Shown in pieces: positions 36,001 through 47,972 of a stretch of 64,000 bases of DNA. The stretch lies in the NCBI GenBank assembly GCA_026936335.1, contig JAPMXV010000042.1, forward strand, positions 558,001-622,000, given 5' to 3'. Numbering within the stretch: the first letter of the stretch is position 1; the number at the start of each line of letters is the position of its first letter. This DNA is from Mantamonas sphyraenae STR306. Its lineage: Eukaryota; Protista; CRuMs. A model generated the notes under the pieces. It saw nothing but the letters and a program-made list of their open reading frames with translations, was not told where the DNA came from and did no database searches. Both the position numbers and the translations under genes were made by a program.

Positions 36001-36970
36001 CATGTGAAACATAGGGCAGGAGGCGCTTCAGGTTGCTCTCGTTCACTTGCGACCGAACGATTTGCAACACCACCGTTGTGAAGAAGGCCAGCGCTGTAGC
36101 GTTGAACGTGTTTGCCTGCACACAGCGTGCAGGCAGCTCACCCACAAACGCAAGCAGTGCGGGATCGCGTGCAGCACGTTCTGCCAACGTGTCCTTGTGC
36201 ACAGGCTTGCCTTGCTTCTTGTGTGCCTTGAGAAAGGCAAACACGGTGTCGCTGCACACGGGCACGGGAGGGCACGCAGACTGTGTTAGTGTCACTGGAC
36301 CGAGCCAAGTGCGTGTGGGCCCTGTCACCACTCGTCTTGTCGGGGTTCAGACTTACTCGAGCTTCACGAGGCGCAGCATGCGTGCAAAGTGTGTGGTTTG
36401 GTGGTATGGCAGGATGCACATCATCAGCGAGTCAACATTGAACTCGTGGACCCTGCGTGAACCGAGAAGGCAAATTGTGCGGGCAGCAAGGTGCGCATGG
36501 GATGGTGAGCGTGAAAAGCGAAAAATCCGGCGGACGGGCTTTGATGAACATGCGGAAAAAGCGGCGCTGGTACGGGCGAGAGCTTACCTGTACTTGCGGA
36601 CAAGGTACTCAAGCACCTTGTGGGCAGGTTTGGTCAGAAAGTGGGGAGAAAGGAGCATGAGGAGGGTGTGTAGATGCTCATCCAGCACTTTGTTGTCGTC
36701 GGCCGTCTGCATGTGTCGTCCGGGTTGTTCCTTCCAGCTCGCGCTGAGGATGCCCTTGTGCTGTTTGCTGAATCGCGAGTCCATGCTCTGCAATTCCTGC
36801 AAACCATTGACACACAGGCTGTGCAGCGTGTCCAGATCGATCTGCGCCGCCTGCTTGGCATCAAACAGGAACGACGCCTTGCTCAGAGCGGCATCTGCCG
36901 TCACCGCTCCCTTCAACGCCGTGTTCTTGGCCGCCAACTTGGCCAACTGTGCCCCGAGACTCGTGCTCAT
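30006..36970 (-). CDS. UTP10: U3 snoRNP protein UTP10/HEATR1 (multi-exon; apparent frameshift at ~31890)
   Basis: MSTSLGAQL..LA, ASFLFD, LSPHFL.KPAHKVLEYLVR; BP28CT region MKLNENLFRP.F..L..W; LVLLPDSI.FLAELMED. Confidence 0.93.
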
Positions 36971-37063
36971 GGTTCGTGCTCTTGTCTGTGTCGAGACGTG
37001 GGGAACAGGTTGTGTTTGCGGACGCGCCGCAGCCCAGTCGCCACCAGCCCAACCAATTCCGCA

Positions 37064-38333
37064 ATGTAGGTGAAACGTGATGAACCTGATGCATGCTCTT
37101 TGTAGCGCCTGAAGCCGGCCATGAAAGGCGTTCGACTGCCTTGGGTGCACCTGCAGCCCATTCCCTTGTGTCCCGCACTGTGAAGCCCAGCGTGCTCGAA
37201 TTGGTCCCGTGCTCACACCCACCGCAGGAAGTAAGCCCCTACCCACAGCCCACACAGCACAGTGCAGCTTCCGGACCAGACCTCATGCACGGAACCGCGG
37301 GTACACTCCTCCCAGGGCGCATGGCTGTGTGCATGTGTGTCGTGTGATCGAGTAGGCGTCTGCCAACGGCCCCGAGCGGCGCATGCGCCGCTTCGTCGCC
37401 CTCTTTGCAGACGCTGCTTCTTCCGCGCTTGCACACCCTCGCGGCATCGACACACCGCATGCATGTGCACATGACCTGCACCTGTGGAGGGCACATGCGT
37501 TACACCGGGTCTCGGTCTGCGTCCACTTTGCATGGATGCGCACGTGCGCTCCAGCTGCTCATCTTGCCCTGCCTGCCGCTCACACATTTCGCCTCGCAGG
37601 ACCACCGCCTGTATTTTCTCTGGTTTGAAGATCTACCCCGGACACGGCGTCCGCTACATCCGTGGTGACAGCAAGGTGCGTTCCCTTTGAGTGCTCCTTC
37701 ATCTGCCCTCGGTGCACGTCACGTGTGCCTTTGCACCCCGTGCTCGCATGCGCCGACTCCACTCCCGCTTTTTTCTCTCCACGTTTGCCCGCCCCGCTGC
37801 CGCTGACATGGCCATCTCCTCGCCTCGCGCCTGCTCTCTCTGCACGCAGACCTTTGTGTTCATCAACGGCAAGGCCGAATCGCTGTTTCATCAGCGCAAG
37901 AACCCGCGCAAGAGTGAGTTGATTTTGTCCGGCTCAATTGCTCTCGCGTCGCATGCGCCGGCATCGACGCCCGGCCAGCGCCCTGCACCGAATGCGCCCA
38001 TTCCACACACACACACACACGCTCACACAGCGCCCACCCTCTGCACTCGCCCAAACTACAGTCGCGTGGACCACGTACTACCGCATCACCCACAAGAAGG
38101 GAGAGGCCGAGTCCACCACCAAGCGCCGCACGCGCCGTACCCGCAAGTTTGAGCGTGCCATCGTCGGTGACACCCTGGAGCAGATCCGTGCCAAGCAGGA
38201 GCAGACCCCGGCCGTGCGCAAGGCCCAGCGCGACAGCGCCATCCGTGCCCTGAAGGAGAAGAACAAGAAGGCCGGCAAGAAGAAGGGCGGCAACCGCCAG
38301 GCTCGCCGCAAGGCTTCCCAGAAGGCCAACTAA
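37064..38333 (+). CDS. RPL24: 60S ribosomal protein L24 (eL24); exons 37064-37065, 37228-37230, 37600-37675, 37850-37913, 38062-38333
   Basis: Spliced sequence MKTTACIFSGLKIYPGHG..IRGDSK..F.NGK...KNPRKIAWT..YR..HKKG...RAIVG. Confidence 0.93.
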
Positions 38334-38490
38334 GCGCCTTGTCCCTCGCTTTTTGATTGCAAATCAAAACTGTTCACGGTGTCCACCAATCCATCTCCAT
38401 GTGCCACCACTTGTCTTGTTCCGCACAGCAATTGTGGCTCTCCGTCTCGACCAACCCGACGTGTACTTTTCTCCCCCCCCCACCTCCCCA

Positions 38491-41149
38491 ATGAGCAGCT
38501 CCATGTCCTCGCCTCGTCGGAGGAAACCCGACAAGCTGGGTTCCACCACACGTCGGCACTCCTTCCGCACCCGTGACCTTGATAGCAGCTCTCTCGGCGA
38601 CCGGAGCGAAACCTCGCACGCGTCCTTTGCCTCAGGCTCCTCCACTTCCTCCAGGGGCGTCCGCAGGTCTTCCTTTGGTCGCACACGTTCCTTGGGCTCC
38701 ATTTCGTTCGAACAGTACCTGCGGCCAGACGCACGGGCTGCCTCTGCCGGCGCCGTCGACGCTGCCGAGGCCGTGCGTGCCCTCGAACGCGACGTCCAGC
38801 GCATCATCAACGAAGACCTCCAGTGCACCAACGACCTCGTCCGTAGTGCTGCGTGGAGTCCTTATACCCTCCACTTTGTCAACAGCACCCTCGAGCGCCT
38901 CTTTCGTCACTACCACCTCCACAAACACCCTCGCCAAACGCGCCAAGGCCTCACACTTTTCGCCTCGCTCCTGGCTCTGTTTACCCTCCTCTCCTACCTT
39001 GTGCACACCCTCAACCCGTTTGGTACACCCACACATGCTGTGTTTCACCTTCCGGACACCGTCACCGTCGCTGGCGCCCTCGCTGTTCCGGCTCTTGTCT
39101 TTCTGTGCAACGTGGCTGCTCCCGTAGGTTTCGCTCCCCTCCCACGCCCTCCCTGCCCCTTGTCCACACCACTCACACCCGTCCAACCCTTTTCGTCCCT
39201 TGCGCCTGTCCCATCTCCATCGCTTTGCCCGCCTTGCTGTGCCTGCCGCTGCCTGCTTGCTACTCTCCTGCCCGTTGTGCAGAGCTTTGTCCAGCATGTC
39301 CTTGCCTTCCTTGTCCTCGGCTCCGCAGCCCTCCTCTACCGCTGCTGCCACGACACCACCGCCACGGGCATCCTCGTCCTCCTTCTCGCCACGTTGCCCA
39401 CCCTGGCACACGTGTGCTTCCGCCCCTACGCCATCTCCTGCGCCCTCACCCTTGTATATTTCCTCGCTGTCAACCCGCTCGTCAACGAGTTGGCCCTTTT
39501 CAACCTCACCCAACTCTGCTTGGCCACCCTCATCTTTTGCCTCGTCGCCTACCGCAACGAGTACCACTCTCGCCGCACCTTTCTCTTCTCCCTTACCCTC
39601 GAACACGAACACTCCCGCCTGCGAGGCTTGCTGGGCGAAGCTGCCGACGACGACGACGGCCCCACAGTGCATGCACCCATCGAAACCGTGCGCGAAACAC
39701 TCAGTGCCATCATTGAGGAGGACACAAATCTGGCTCAAAGCAGCAAGGACCGTCTCGACGCCGTGTTTTCCATCCTGGCTGACAAGGAGAACATCTACAG
39801 GCCCGACCTCCGCTCCACCCTGTCTCAGGCTCGCCAGAACCTGACCATAGACGCAGACACGCGCAGTTGGCTCATGAGTGAGCTGGGTCCTCGTCCAGAG
39901 ATCAACTCTCCCAGCGCAACCCCACTGGGAACGGACGACCGTCCCGTTTCGCCTCCGTACGTTGCCTTCTCCCTGGCCCATTCTCTTCTGCCCGTCGATT
40001 TTCCTGCCTGCCTGTGCAGCCCTCACTCACTCTGTGCTTTGCTTTCCCACGATCGGTTATCACTCGGCTGCAGTCGTCTGCTGCGCTCCGGATCCAGGCT
40101 TGGGTTGGATTTGTCGTCCCTTCACGGCGACCAATTTCTCCATCTGCTGCCATCGGCGAGGCGCCACGACGTGCTGACACTCCTTGAAGAGGACACATAC
40201 AACAAGGATGTTTTCAAACTGGACAAGCTTACCGAAGGTAGGCCGCTGTACTTTGCAGCACGCTATCTTTTCCACAAGCACGGCTTTGTGGACGAGTTTG
40301 ACGTGCCCGAGACGCAGCTGCACAACTTTGTGTCGCAGATCGAAAAGGGATACCAGGACAATCCGTACCACAACAAAATCCACGCGGCTGACGTACTGCT
40401 GACCACGGACAACCTGCTGGTGCGGGAGTCGGTGGCCGAATGCCTGACTCCGCTGGATCACATGGCTGTCCTCGTGGCTGCCTGTGTGCACGACTACGAG
40501 CATCCAGGGCGCAACAATGGCTTTCTGGTAAAGACACGCGACGAGCTGGCCATGCGCTACAACGACAAGAGCCCGCTTGAGAACCATCACGTGGCTGCCG
40601 CCTGCTCTGTGCTTGCACAGCCCGAACACAGACATCTTTTGCAACCTGACCCGCGAGCAGGCTACGCGTGTGCGCCAACTCATGATTGCGCTGGTGCTGG
40701 CCACAGACATGGCCGAACACCTGGAGTATGTCAACAAGTTCCGCAATCGGACGCAGGGCACGTTCGACCCTGCCAACAACCGCAAGGACCTCCTCCTCCT
40801 CCTCAAGATGTGTATCAAGTGTGCCGACCTGTCCCATACATCCAAGAGCTACGAGCTGCACATCAACTGGGTCGACCGAGTGACCAACGAGTTTTACCTG
40901 CAGGGCGACGCAGAGATCGAGCTTGGCGTGCCTGTATCTCCCATGTGCGACCGTACCAAGCCCGCACCAGCAAAGTCGCAGGTGGGCTTCTTCGAGTTTG
41001 CCATCCTGCCCATGTTTGAGGCGCTGTCGGCGTTTGTGCCGCTGGACGACGCCCTAGAGCAGCTCGACGAAAACTATGCAATGTGGTTGGAGCGCAAAGA
41101 CGCGGAGGAGGGTCAGCAGGAACAGGTTGGAGGTGGAGATGAGCAGTAG
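38491..41149 (+). CDS. Class I cyclic-nucleotide phosphodiesterase with N-terminal multi-TM domain (apparent frameshift at ~40625)
   Basis: Motifs NPYHNKIHAADV, HDYEHPGRNN.FL, YNDKSPLENHH, LATDM, KCADLSH, EFYLQGD.E, SQVGF; about six hydrophobic helices upstream. Confidence 0.92.
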
Positions 41150-41252
41150 ACACATCACATGAAGTACAGAATAGACGCCGCCTGTCTTTTGAATGTCCAC
41201 GGGAGGGTGCTGGCTGGCCCCCATGCACACAACCGAACCCGAAGACGAAACG

Positions 41253-43148
41253 ATGCGGCCGATCTTCTCCAACCACACCGCCTGGTTTTCGGGCAACATC
41301 GAAGACGATGACATTGTAGAGATTTGGGGTGAGTGGATACGGAATGGGAGTAGGCACACGGCCATCAGAGGACGGATGAACTGACCCTGACCCTTGGACA
41401 GAGAGCAACGGCGGCCAGGTTGCGGAGAACAGCGCGGAACCCAACATCGACATGTGCTTCTGCGATGACGAGCAGGACGAAAACTTGGAGGCGTAAGTGA
41501 CTGGGGCGCAGAGGGTAGGGGGAGGGAAGGGAGGGGAGAATGTGCGAGGGAGGCGTGTATGGCAGATGTGGCATCGAGTCAGGGTTGTGGGCAAAAAAGC
41601 GCGCGAAACCCTGACACCTTTGGCGCTGGCGCGAAAAACCGCAGCCTGCTGAGCATGAAGACATACGTATTCCGCACCAAGTGGGTGTACGATAGCGTAC
41701 GGCAGCAGGTGCGCATGAACAAGAACGACTACATGTTCACGCCACGCTACATCACGAAGAAACTGTCGCAGCGCTCTGCGATGAAACCCGCCCGTGTCCC
41801 GTTCCCGCTCAAGTCCAGCGTGGGCAACGCCAGCCCCAGAAAAGCCGCGCGTACACAGCACAGCAGCAGTAGCAGCAGTAGCAGCAGTAGCAGTAGCAGT
41901 AGCAGCAGCTCGGGGACCCAGGAGGAAGAGGAGGAGGAGGAGGAGGTGGTGAAAGAGAAAGAGGCACCAAAGAGTCCCTCGCCCGTCAAGACACGTGCAC
42001 AGCGCAAGCGTAAAGCAACACAGGAAGAGGAGGATGACGATTATGAGGAGGAGGAAGAGGAGGAAGAGGAGGAAGAGGAGGAGGAGGAGGAGGAGGAGGA
42101 GGAGGAGCAGCCTCCAAAGAGGGGTCGTCAGGCAAGGGGTCAGGGCAAAGGGCCGGCTCCAAAGCGACAGCGGGTATCCAAAGCAGATGCTCTGAAAGAG
42201 AAAGAAGACGCCGAGACAAAGGCAGGTGAAGATAGCGAAGATGACCAAGCGCGAGGAAGGAAGCGCTCGAAACCACAGCATGGCAAGGCGTCGAAGCAGA
42301 CGAGGAAGCAGAAGCAAAAGAAAACGCAAGATGATGACGTCTGGGCATTCTTTGGCCTGGATAACTCGAGCGAGGACGAGGAGCACTCGTCGACCAGCAA
42401 GAACAGCAACAACACAAAGGAAAAGCGCAGCAAACGCAGGTCCAAGGCAGATGTGATGCAAACACAGGAGGAGGAGGAGGACGACGAAGAGGACGTGGAA
42501 GAAGAAGTGGTGGATATGGGAGCGAAGCCAGACGATAATGGGGCTGACGAGGAGGAGGAGGAGGAAAAAGCAGCCGAAGCGGTTGAGAAGGCACGCCCAA
42601 GGCGAAGCACCAGGCGAGGCGGCTCTCGTACAAGCAAGGCAAAGGAGGCGAAAGAAAAAGAGGAGAAGGAGAAGAAAGGTGCAAAGATGAATGTCAAGGA
42701 GGCGGAAGAGAAGGAGGAAGAAGAGGAAGAGGAAGAGGAGGAAGAAGAGGAAGAGGACGAGGCTGAGGAGGCTGAGGAGGAGGGGGAAGGCACAGAAGAG
42801 AAGGAGGTGGAGGTGTCGATGGATGAGTTTGCGGCTCTGGTGGCGTCGCAGCAGATTGATGCACTGGAAACACTGCGCAAGCGCCGCACAGAGATGATCA
42901 CCGAGGGCAAGGCGACGAAATTCAACAAGCTCTTTGGGAAGCCGCCGTATCAGCTGGCACATCAGCTGCTGCACTTGCGCGTGCTGGGTGGCTCCACACA
43001 GATGCAGGAGGAGGGCTTCAGGGTGCAGCGAACAGTGGTGGTTGCGGCCAAGCCGAAAACCTCAACCGAGGAAAGCACAAAGGACACGAAGAAGGAAAAG
43101 GCAACGAAACGAAGGACGGGCAGGCGCAGGTTGATGCGAAAGCAATGA
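41253..43148 (+). CDS. N-terminal BRCT-like (TERB2-like) domain plus long acidic/basic disordered region; exons 41253-41328, 41402-41492, 41645-43148
   Basis: Spliced [13 protein letters not shown]....VEIWESNGGQ...MCFCDD...[10 protein letters not shown]; introns are phase-compatible. Confidence 0.7.
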
Positions 43149-43196
43149 AGGGTGTTGGTTGTGCGCGAGAGAGGGAAAACAAAACTCTCGGCAGCG

Positions 43197-44176
43197 ATGG
43201 GTGGGTTGCAACGGGGACAGAGGGTGTGTGTGTGTGCATGCGGACGGGAGGATTGTAGATAGCCAAATGGGTGGGGTCGCGTGGATGTGGAAGAGCAGGA
43301 TCGATGGCAAAGGGAAGCTGACGCGTGAGGCAACGGCGGGACACGACTTTGCACGCGCACGGGGGACACACAACACACCACACACAACAGGGAACCTGTT
43401 CAGCAATATTTTGGGAAACATTGCGTCGCTGTTTGGGCAGAAGGACGTGCGCATCCTTATCCTAGGCCTGGATGGGGCTGGGAAAACCACCATTCTATAT
43501 CGGCTTCAGGTCGGGGAAGTGGTGAGCACCATTCCAAGTGAGTTTGGGAGCCAGATGGAGACGAAAACGGGGGCGGGTGGCAGATTGAAGACGCAAGGGT
43601 GGGCGGGCGAGGATGTAGGAGTTGTGTGTGAAGGACGGGGCGTGGGGACGGGTCGAATTCCCAACGTGGCGCGAGACGGGGGTCGGACTTGCGGAGCGGG
43701 TGGGCGAGGCGAGAGGGCACTGACACCGATTTGGACGCGCACCATCGCGGATGCATGGTGTGGCGGACACATGAACAGCCATCGGGTTCAATCTGGAGAC
43801 GCTGGTGTACAAGAATCTGCGATTCCAGGTGTGGGACTTGGGCGGACAGACAAGCATCCGTCCGTACTGGCGGTGCTACTACAACAACGTGGCCTGTATC
43901 ATGTTTGTAATTGATTCTGCAGACGTGGAGCGTCTGGACATCTGTAAGGAGGAGCTCCAAAACATTCTGGAGGAGGAGGAACTGAAGGAGACGGCGCTGC
44001 TGGTGCTGGCAAACAAGCAGGACCTGCCGGATGCTCTGTCAGAGGCAGAAATCTCTGAGGAGCTGGGTCTGGCTGACATCAAGGACCGACCATGGGCTAT
44101 TTTCAAGAGTTCGGCGGTCAAGGGCGAAGGACTGACTGAGGGACTGGACTGGGTGAGCAACTCGCTCAAAGGCTGA
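43197..44176 (+). CDS. ARL1: ADP-ribosylation factor-like GTPase ARL1, 3 exons
   Basis: MG start; [20 protein letters not shown]; [17 protein letters not shown]; ANKQD. Confidence 0.95.
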
Positions 44177-44265
44177 GCAACAAACGAAATGAACAGCTTG
44201 TTCTGAATGGCCTCGGTTTCATTGGGTGTGTGGTGTGTGTCTGTGTGTACATTGTTGCTGAGTTT

Positions 44266-44678
44266 CTACTTGCCAACGAGGTTTTGGGTCTCGTCTCGCA
44301 GCTGTTGCAGCTGCTTTCGCTGCTCAGGGGTCAAGCCGCCAACCTCTTCCGGCTCGAGTTCGCGGCCGTAGATTCCGTGGGTGGCGCGTTGGCTCAGAGT
44401 GTCACGATAGTCGTTCCAGGCCAGCATGAATGTCTGTGCCTGCTTCGGGGTTGCGTCCTTGTGCCTGCGAAACTCGTCCTTGACGTACTCGTCGCCCATG
44501 TGTTTCAGTCCGGGCGGCAGCATGGTCTTGTGCATGCGCAGGATGGTTCTGTACAGGGAAAGCACCTCTGAACGAGCAGGCGTAGACTGTTTGCAGAGAG
44601 ACAGGGTGTGGGAAAAGGGTCAGCACATGCGTGGGACCTGCGAGTGGTCGGAGAGTTGTGCGCTGGCCAGCTCACCAT
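44266..44678 (-). CDS. SDHAF3: SDH assembly factor 3 (ACN9/LYRM10)
   Basis: ATG|intron|STPARSEVLSLYR.ILR.H..LP......GDEYVKDEFRRHK, F...W..Y, G..L, LTPEQ..QL..L. Confidence 0.88.
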
Positions 44679-44806
44679 CGGAGAAATCGTTGGCGCCCAC
44701 AGAGCCAATCGGACTTGGGTGTTGGGAATCGGAAGCAAAGTCCATCAGATTCCTCTCGTGCAGTAGTGCTGACATCAAAGACATCAAGTGAGTGAGCGAG
44801 CAAAAC

Positions 44807-45942
44807 ATGTCAAGCGAAGCAACAGAGATGGAGCAGGGTGAGCTGCTGGAGCTGGCACGCAAACAGACGGAAAAGGCCATCGAGTCGGGTGTGGTGCTCA
44901 CATTTGAAAAGACAACGAGTGTGGTGGATGACAATGGCATGGAGGTGAGTGTGTGGGCGAGCAAAACTGGGAGAGGAGGGTGTTGGGCAGGCGACGAATT
45001 CCAGACGTTTGGGGCTGACACGTCATGTGCAACACGTCCAGTTTCTGGTGGTGCATGTGCCTGCATTGGCACGCAAGCCGACGCTGAAGCAAAGCAAAAC
45101 CGATCCGGAAGAGGCGCAGGAGGAAAGTGGGCCTGCGGAAGTGCGCAAACGCGTTGATCCGTTCTCTCCACACCACCCGGACGCCTGGGTGTGCGACATC
45201 TCTGAAACACACAAGGTGCTGCTGAACAAGTATGCAGTGAGTGCGCTGCATATGCTGGGTAAGTTTTGCGAGAGGTGGGTGTGTACAGGATGTGGGAGAG
45301 AGCAAGGCGACTGACGTCTCGCGACACTCTCACGCAGTGGTGACGATCCAAGACGCAAGCCAATGGGCTGCGCTGGAGCCATCCGACCTGGCAAGCACCA
45401 TGGCATGTGTGGAAGCAGCCAACGGGCTGGCGTACTTCAACGGTGGACCGCAGAGCGGAGCTAGCCAGCCTCATCGCCACTTGCAGGTGATTCCGCTGCC
45501 CCTGAGCGAGCAGATGGACGAATTGCCCGTGTGGCGACAGGTGGAGGCAGCACAGGAAGAAAAGGCAACCGAGGCAGGGGAATGCTTCACGTTGCCAGCC
45601 TACCGCGGCTTCCATCACCAATGCATGCTTCTGCACCCGCAGAGCGACGGAGAAGCTCTGCATGTGGCATACAGCACACTGCTACAGCAATTGGAGGAGG
45701 ACGTGGGCAAACAGGCGTACCCGGAAGGCCAGCAGACGCACGAGAGCTTGTCGTACAATCTGTTGTTTGACACACGTTTCATGCTGATTGTGGCCCGCTC
45801 TCGTGACGAATGGGAAGGTTTTGGGCTGAACTCGGTTGCATTTGCTGGCACCATGCTGGCCAAGACGGCAGAAGAGCAGCAGCGGATTGTGGAGCTGGGC
45901 CCTTTGCAGATCATGGCTGGAGTGACTGTGCCCACACAGTGA
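44807..45942 (+). CDS. Ap4A phosphorylase / ATP adenylyltransferase (APA1/2-like HIT family)
   Basis: Motifs DPF, LLNKYA, FNGGPQSGASQPHRHLQ, SYNLL, NSVAFAGTML; two introns. Confidence 0.88.
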
Positions 45943-45968
45943 GAGGGAGCGACGACGCCAATGACACG

Positions 45969-46511
45969 TTAGTTCAAATCCTTGGGTGCATTCGTTGTTT
46001 CCAGACTGGACTCTTCACGCTGCTTGCGGGCACGCTGGCGTTCAGCTTCTTCGTCAGCTCGTTTGCGGGCAGCCTCGGCTTCGAGTTCGGCCTGCACATC
46101 GCTGCGCTGTACCACGCCCTGAATAAACTCGCGATTCATATCCTCAGCCATGCCGTCCAAGCCTCGCGATGTATCAAAGTCACCCTGCTGCAGACGCGTG
46201 CGTACGTAGTCGCGGACCTTGTCCTGCGAGGCGTCCTCGTCCAACGCTGCCTCAAGCCTGTTTGCACGGTCCAGCTCCTTGTTCATGGACACCAGCCGCT
46301 GGTGTAGCTGCTCTTCCAACTGTACAACCTCTTCTTGAAGCCTCCTGGTGACCTCCATGGTCAGTGAGCTCACCTTTTTGTTTTCGCGGTCGATGAACGC
46401 GTGTGCCTGCTCCAGCGCCTTGGATTCCCGTGCATTGAACTTGCGAGACGATGCCTCCAGCTGGTTGGCCACAGCCTTGTCCACCACCCACCGGTACAGC
46501 TTTCTGAACAT
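45969..46511 (-). CDS. Small coiled-coil hypothetical protein
   Basis: 180-aa ORF with coding-like composition lying between known genes. Confidence 0.55.
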   Translation of the reverse strand: MFRKLYRWVVDKAVANQLEASSRKFNARESKALEQAHAFIDRENKKVSSLTMEVTRRLQEEVVQLEEQLHQRLVSMNKELDRANRLEAALDEDASQDKVRDYVRTRLQQGDFDTSRGLDGMAEDMNREFIQGVVQRSDVQAELEAEAARKRADEEAERQRARKQREESSLETTNAPKDLN

Positions 46512-46682
46512 GTGTGCGTTGGTTTGGGTACGAGGCGAGCAGAGGAGTTTCTGCTTGCTGCTTGCTCCTTTGAGTCGCGATGTGTTTGTGGATGTTGGAA
46601 CGGGGTTTGGCAGGTTGGTTCAGCTCACGTCTTCATTTCCAACGTTTTGTGTCTGCGTTTGTGACGGCTATCCTCCCCTCAA

Positions 46683-47825
46683 TCACTCCTCGTCGTCATT
46701 GCTGCTGTTCCGCGTGCGTCGAGAACTCCTGCGTGTGCTCCGTGTGTTGCTGCTGCTGCTGCTGCTGTTGCTGCTGCTTCCCCTCGAGCTGCTGCTGCTG
46801 CTGCTGCTGCTACTGGAGCTGCTGGAGCTGGAGGAGGACGAGCTGCTTGTACCTTCCAATTCGACTGCATCAACCGTCTCCAGTTGCTTGCGTGCATGGG
46901 AGACGTCTGCCTGCACCAGGGAAATGTTTTGGTGCAGCTTCTTCCTTTTCACGCGGTTCTCCGTCTGGCGGGTGAACTTCATGCGGTTCTCGTAGAAACG
47001 CCTCTCACGACGCTCCTTGATCTCCTGCACGCGGTCCATGACCTCGATCGTTTTTTGATACAGTTCCCTGTCGTATTTGACGGGGCGGTTGCGACGCCTC
47101 TCAAAGGCAAAGGTCGCATCCACGGTCATTTCCTTGCCGTTTGCTCGTCGGAAGGCCTTTGTCCAGCGGACCTTGCGCGGGTTGCGCTTCATCTTGAAGT
47201 TCTTGGAGCACTTAGACCTGCAGAACCGGAAGATCTGCCACACAAGATGCATTGGGTACGCTCCGTGTCAGCCTCTGTGCCGGCGGGCGCTGCTCAGTGG
47301 GCAAAAATGAAAAGCCCCAAAATCCGTGGGCCCTGCCTTGGCCGCCGTCGTCCGCTATGGCCCGGGCGCTCCGGGCACCCCACCGGGGTGGGAGCGCACA
47401 GGCAGCGGCCAAGGCTTCAAGGACAGCAGTGCGTCGGGATAAGGAGTGCACACTGGTGATTGGGGGCCATGGGCATGCCCGTGCACACGCGAGGCGTGTC
47501 ACGGGGCCCACGGCGATGGCCAAAAGCGCATTCCGGACGACGAGCCTGCTGCCTGGGCCATGAGCATGCACACGTGCTGGTTGACCACTGTCCACCAATG
47601 CTCGTATGCAAGTGACGCCGCGTGGCCCTTCTGTCTGCTCTTGCTCCACCTACCTTGCTGTCATTGCGCACAAACATGGTGCCGTGACCCGGATAAATCG
47701 GTCGCGAACAAAAGTAGCTGTGATTGGCGGGGCGTGGGTGGGAGTGTGTGTTCCCGCTGTGTCAGTCTCTCACTGTGGCAACACAAGTGGGTTTTCGGTC
47801 AGGCGTACCACTTGTGGATGCGCAT
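46683..47825 (-). CDS. RLP24: Ribosome biogenesis protein RLP24 (RSL24D1), 3 exons
   Basis: Spliced [27 protein letters not shown]|[28 protein letters not shown]. Confidence 0.95.
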
Positions 47826-47972
47826 TTTGCTCGATTTCGACTGCCTGCGCCGGCGACGCCAACTTTTGCGACGCAGTGCTGTGAGTTTGAATCGGCCCCG
47901 TGCTACGATTTCATGTCTTTGTCCCTCATGGCTGACCCATCCCTCGTGTCCCTCCCTTCCTCATCCTGTAGA

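Noticed and set aside
37077-37112. Box C (GTGATGA) and CTGA motifs in RPL24 intron 1, a possible C/D snoRNA
   Set aside because: The spacing is only ~35 nt, with no terminal stem and only ~8 nt of possible rRNA complementarity. It would need snoscan or small-RNA data.
37064-47825. RPL24 and its paralogue RLP24 lying ~8 kb apart
   Set aside because: These are ancient paralogues, and their proximity is plausibly chance in a gene-dense genome.
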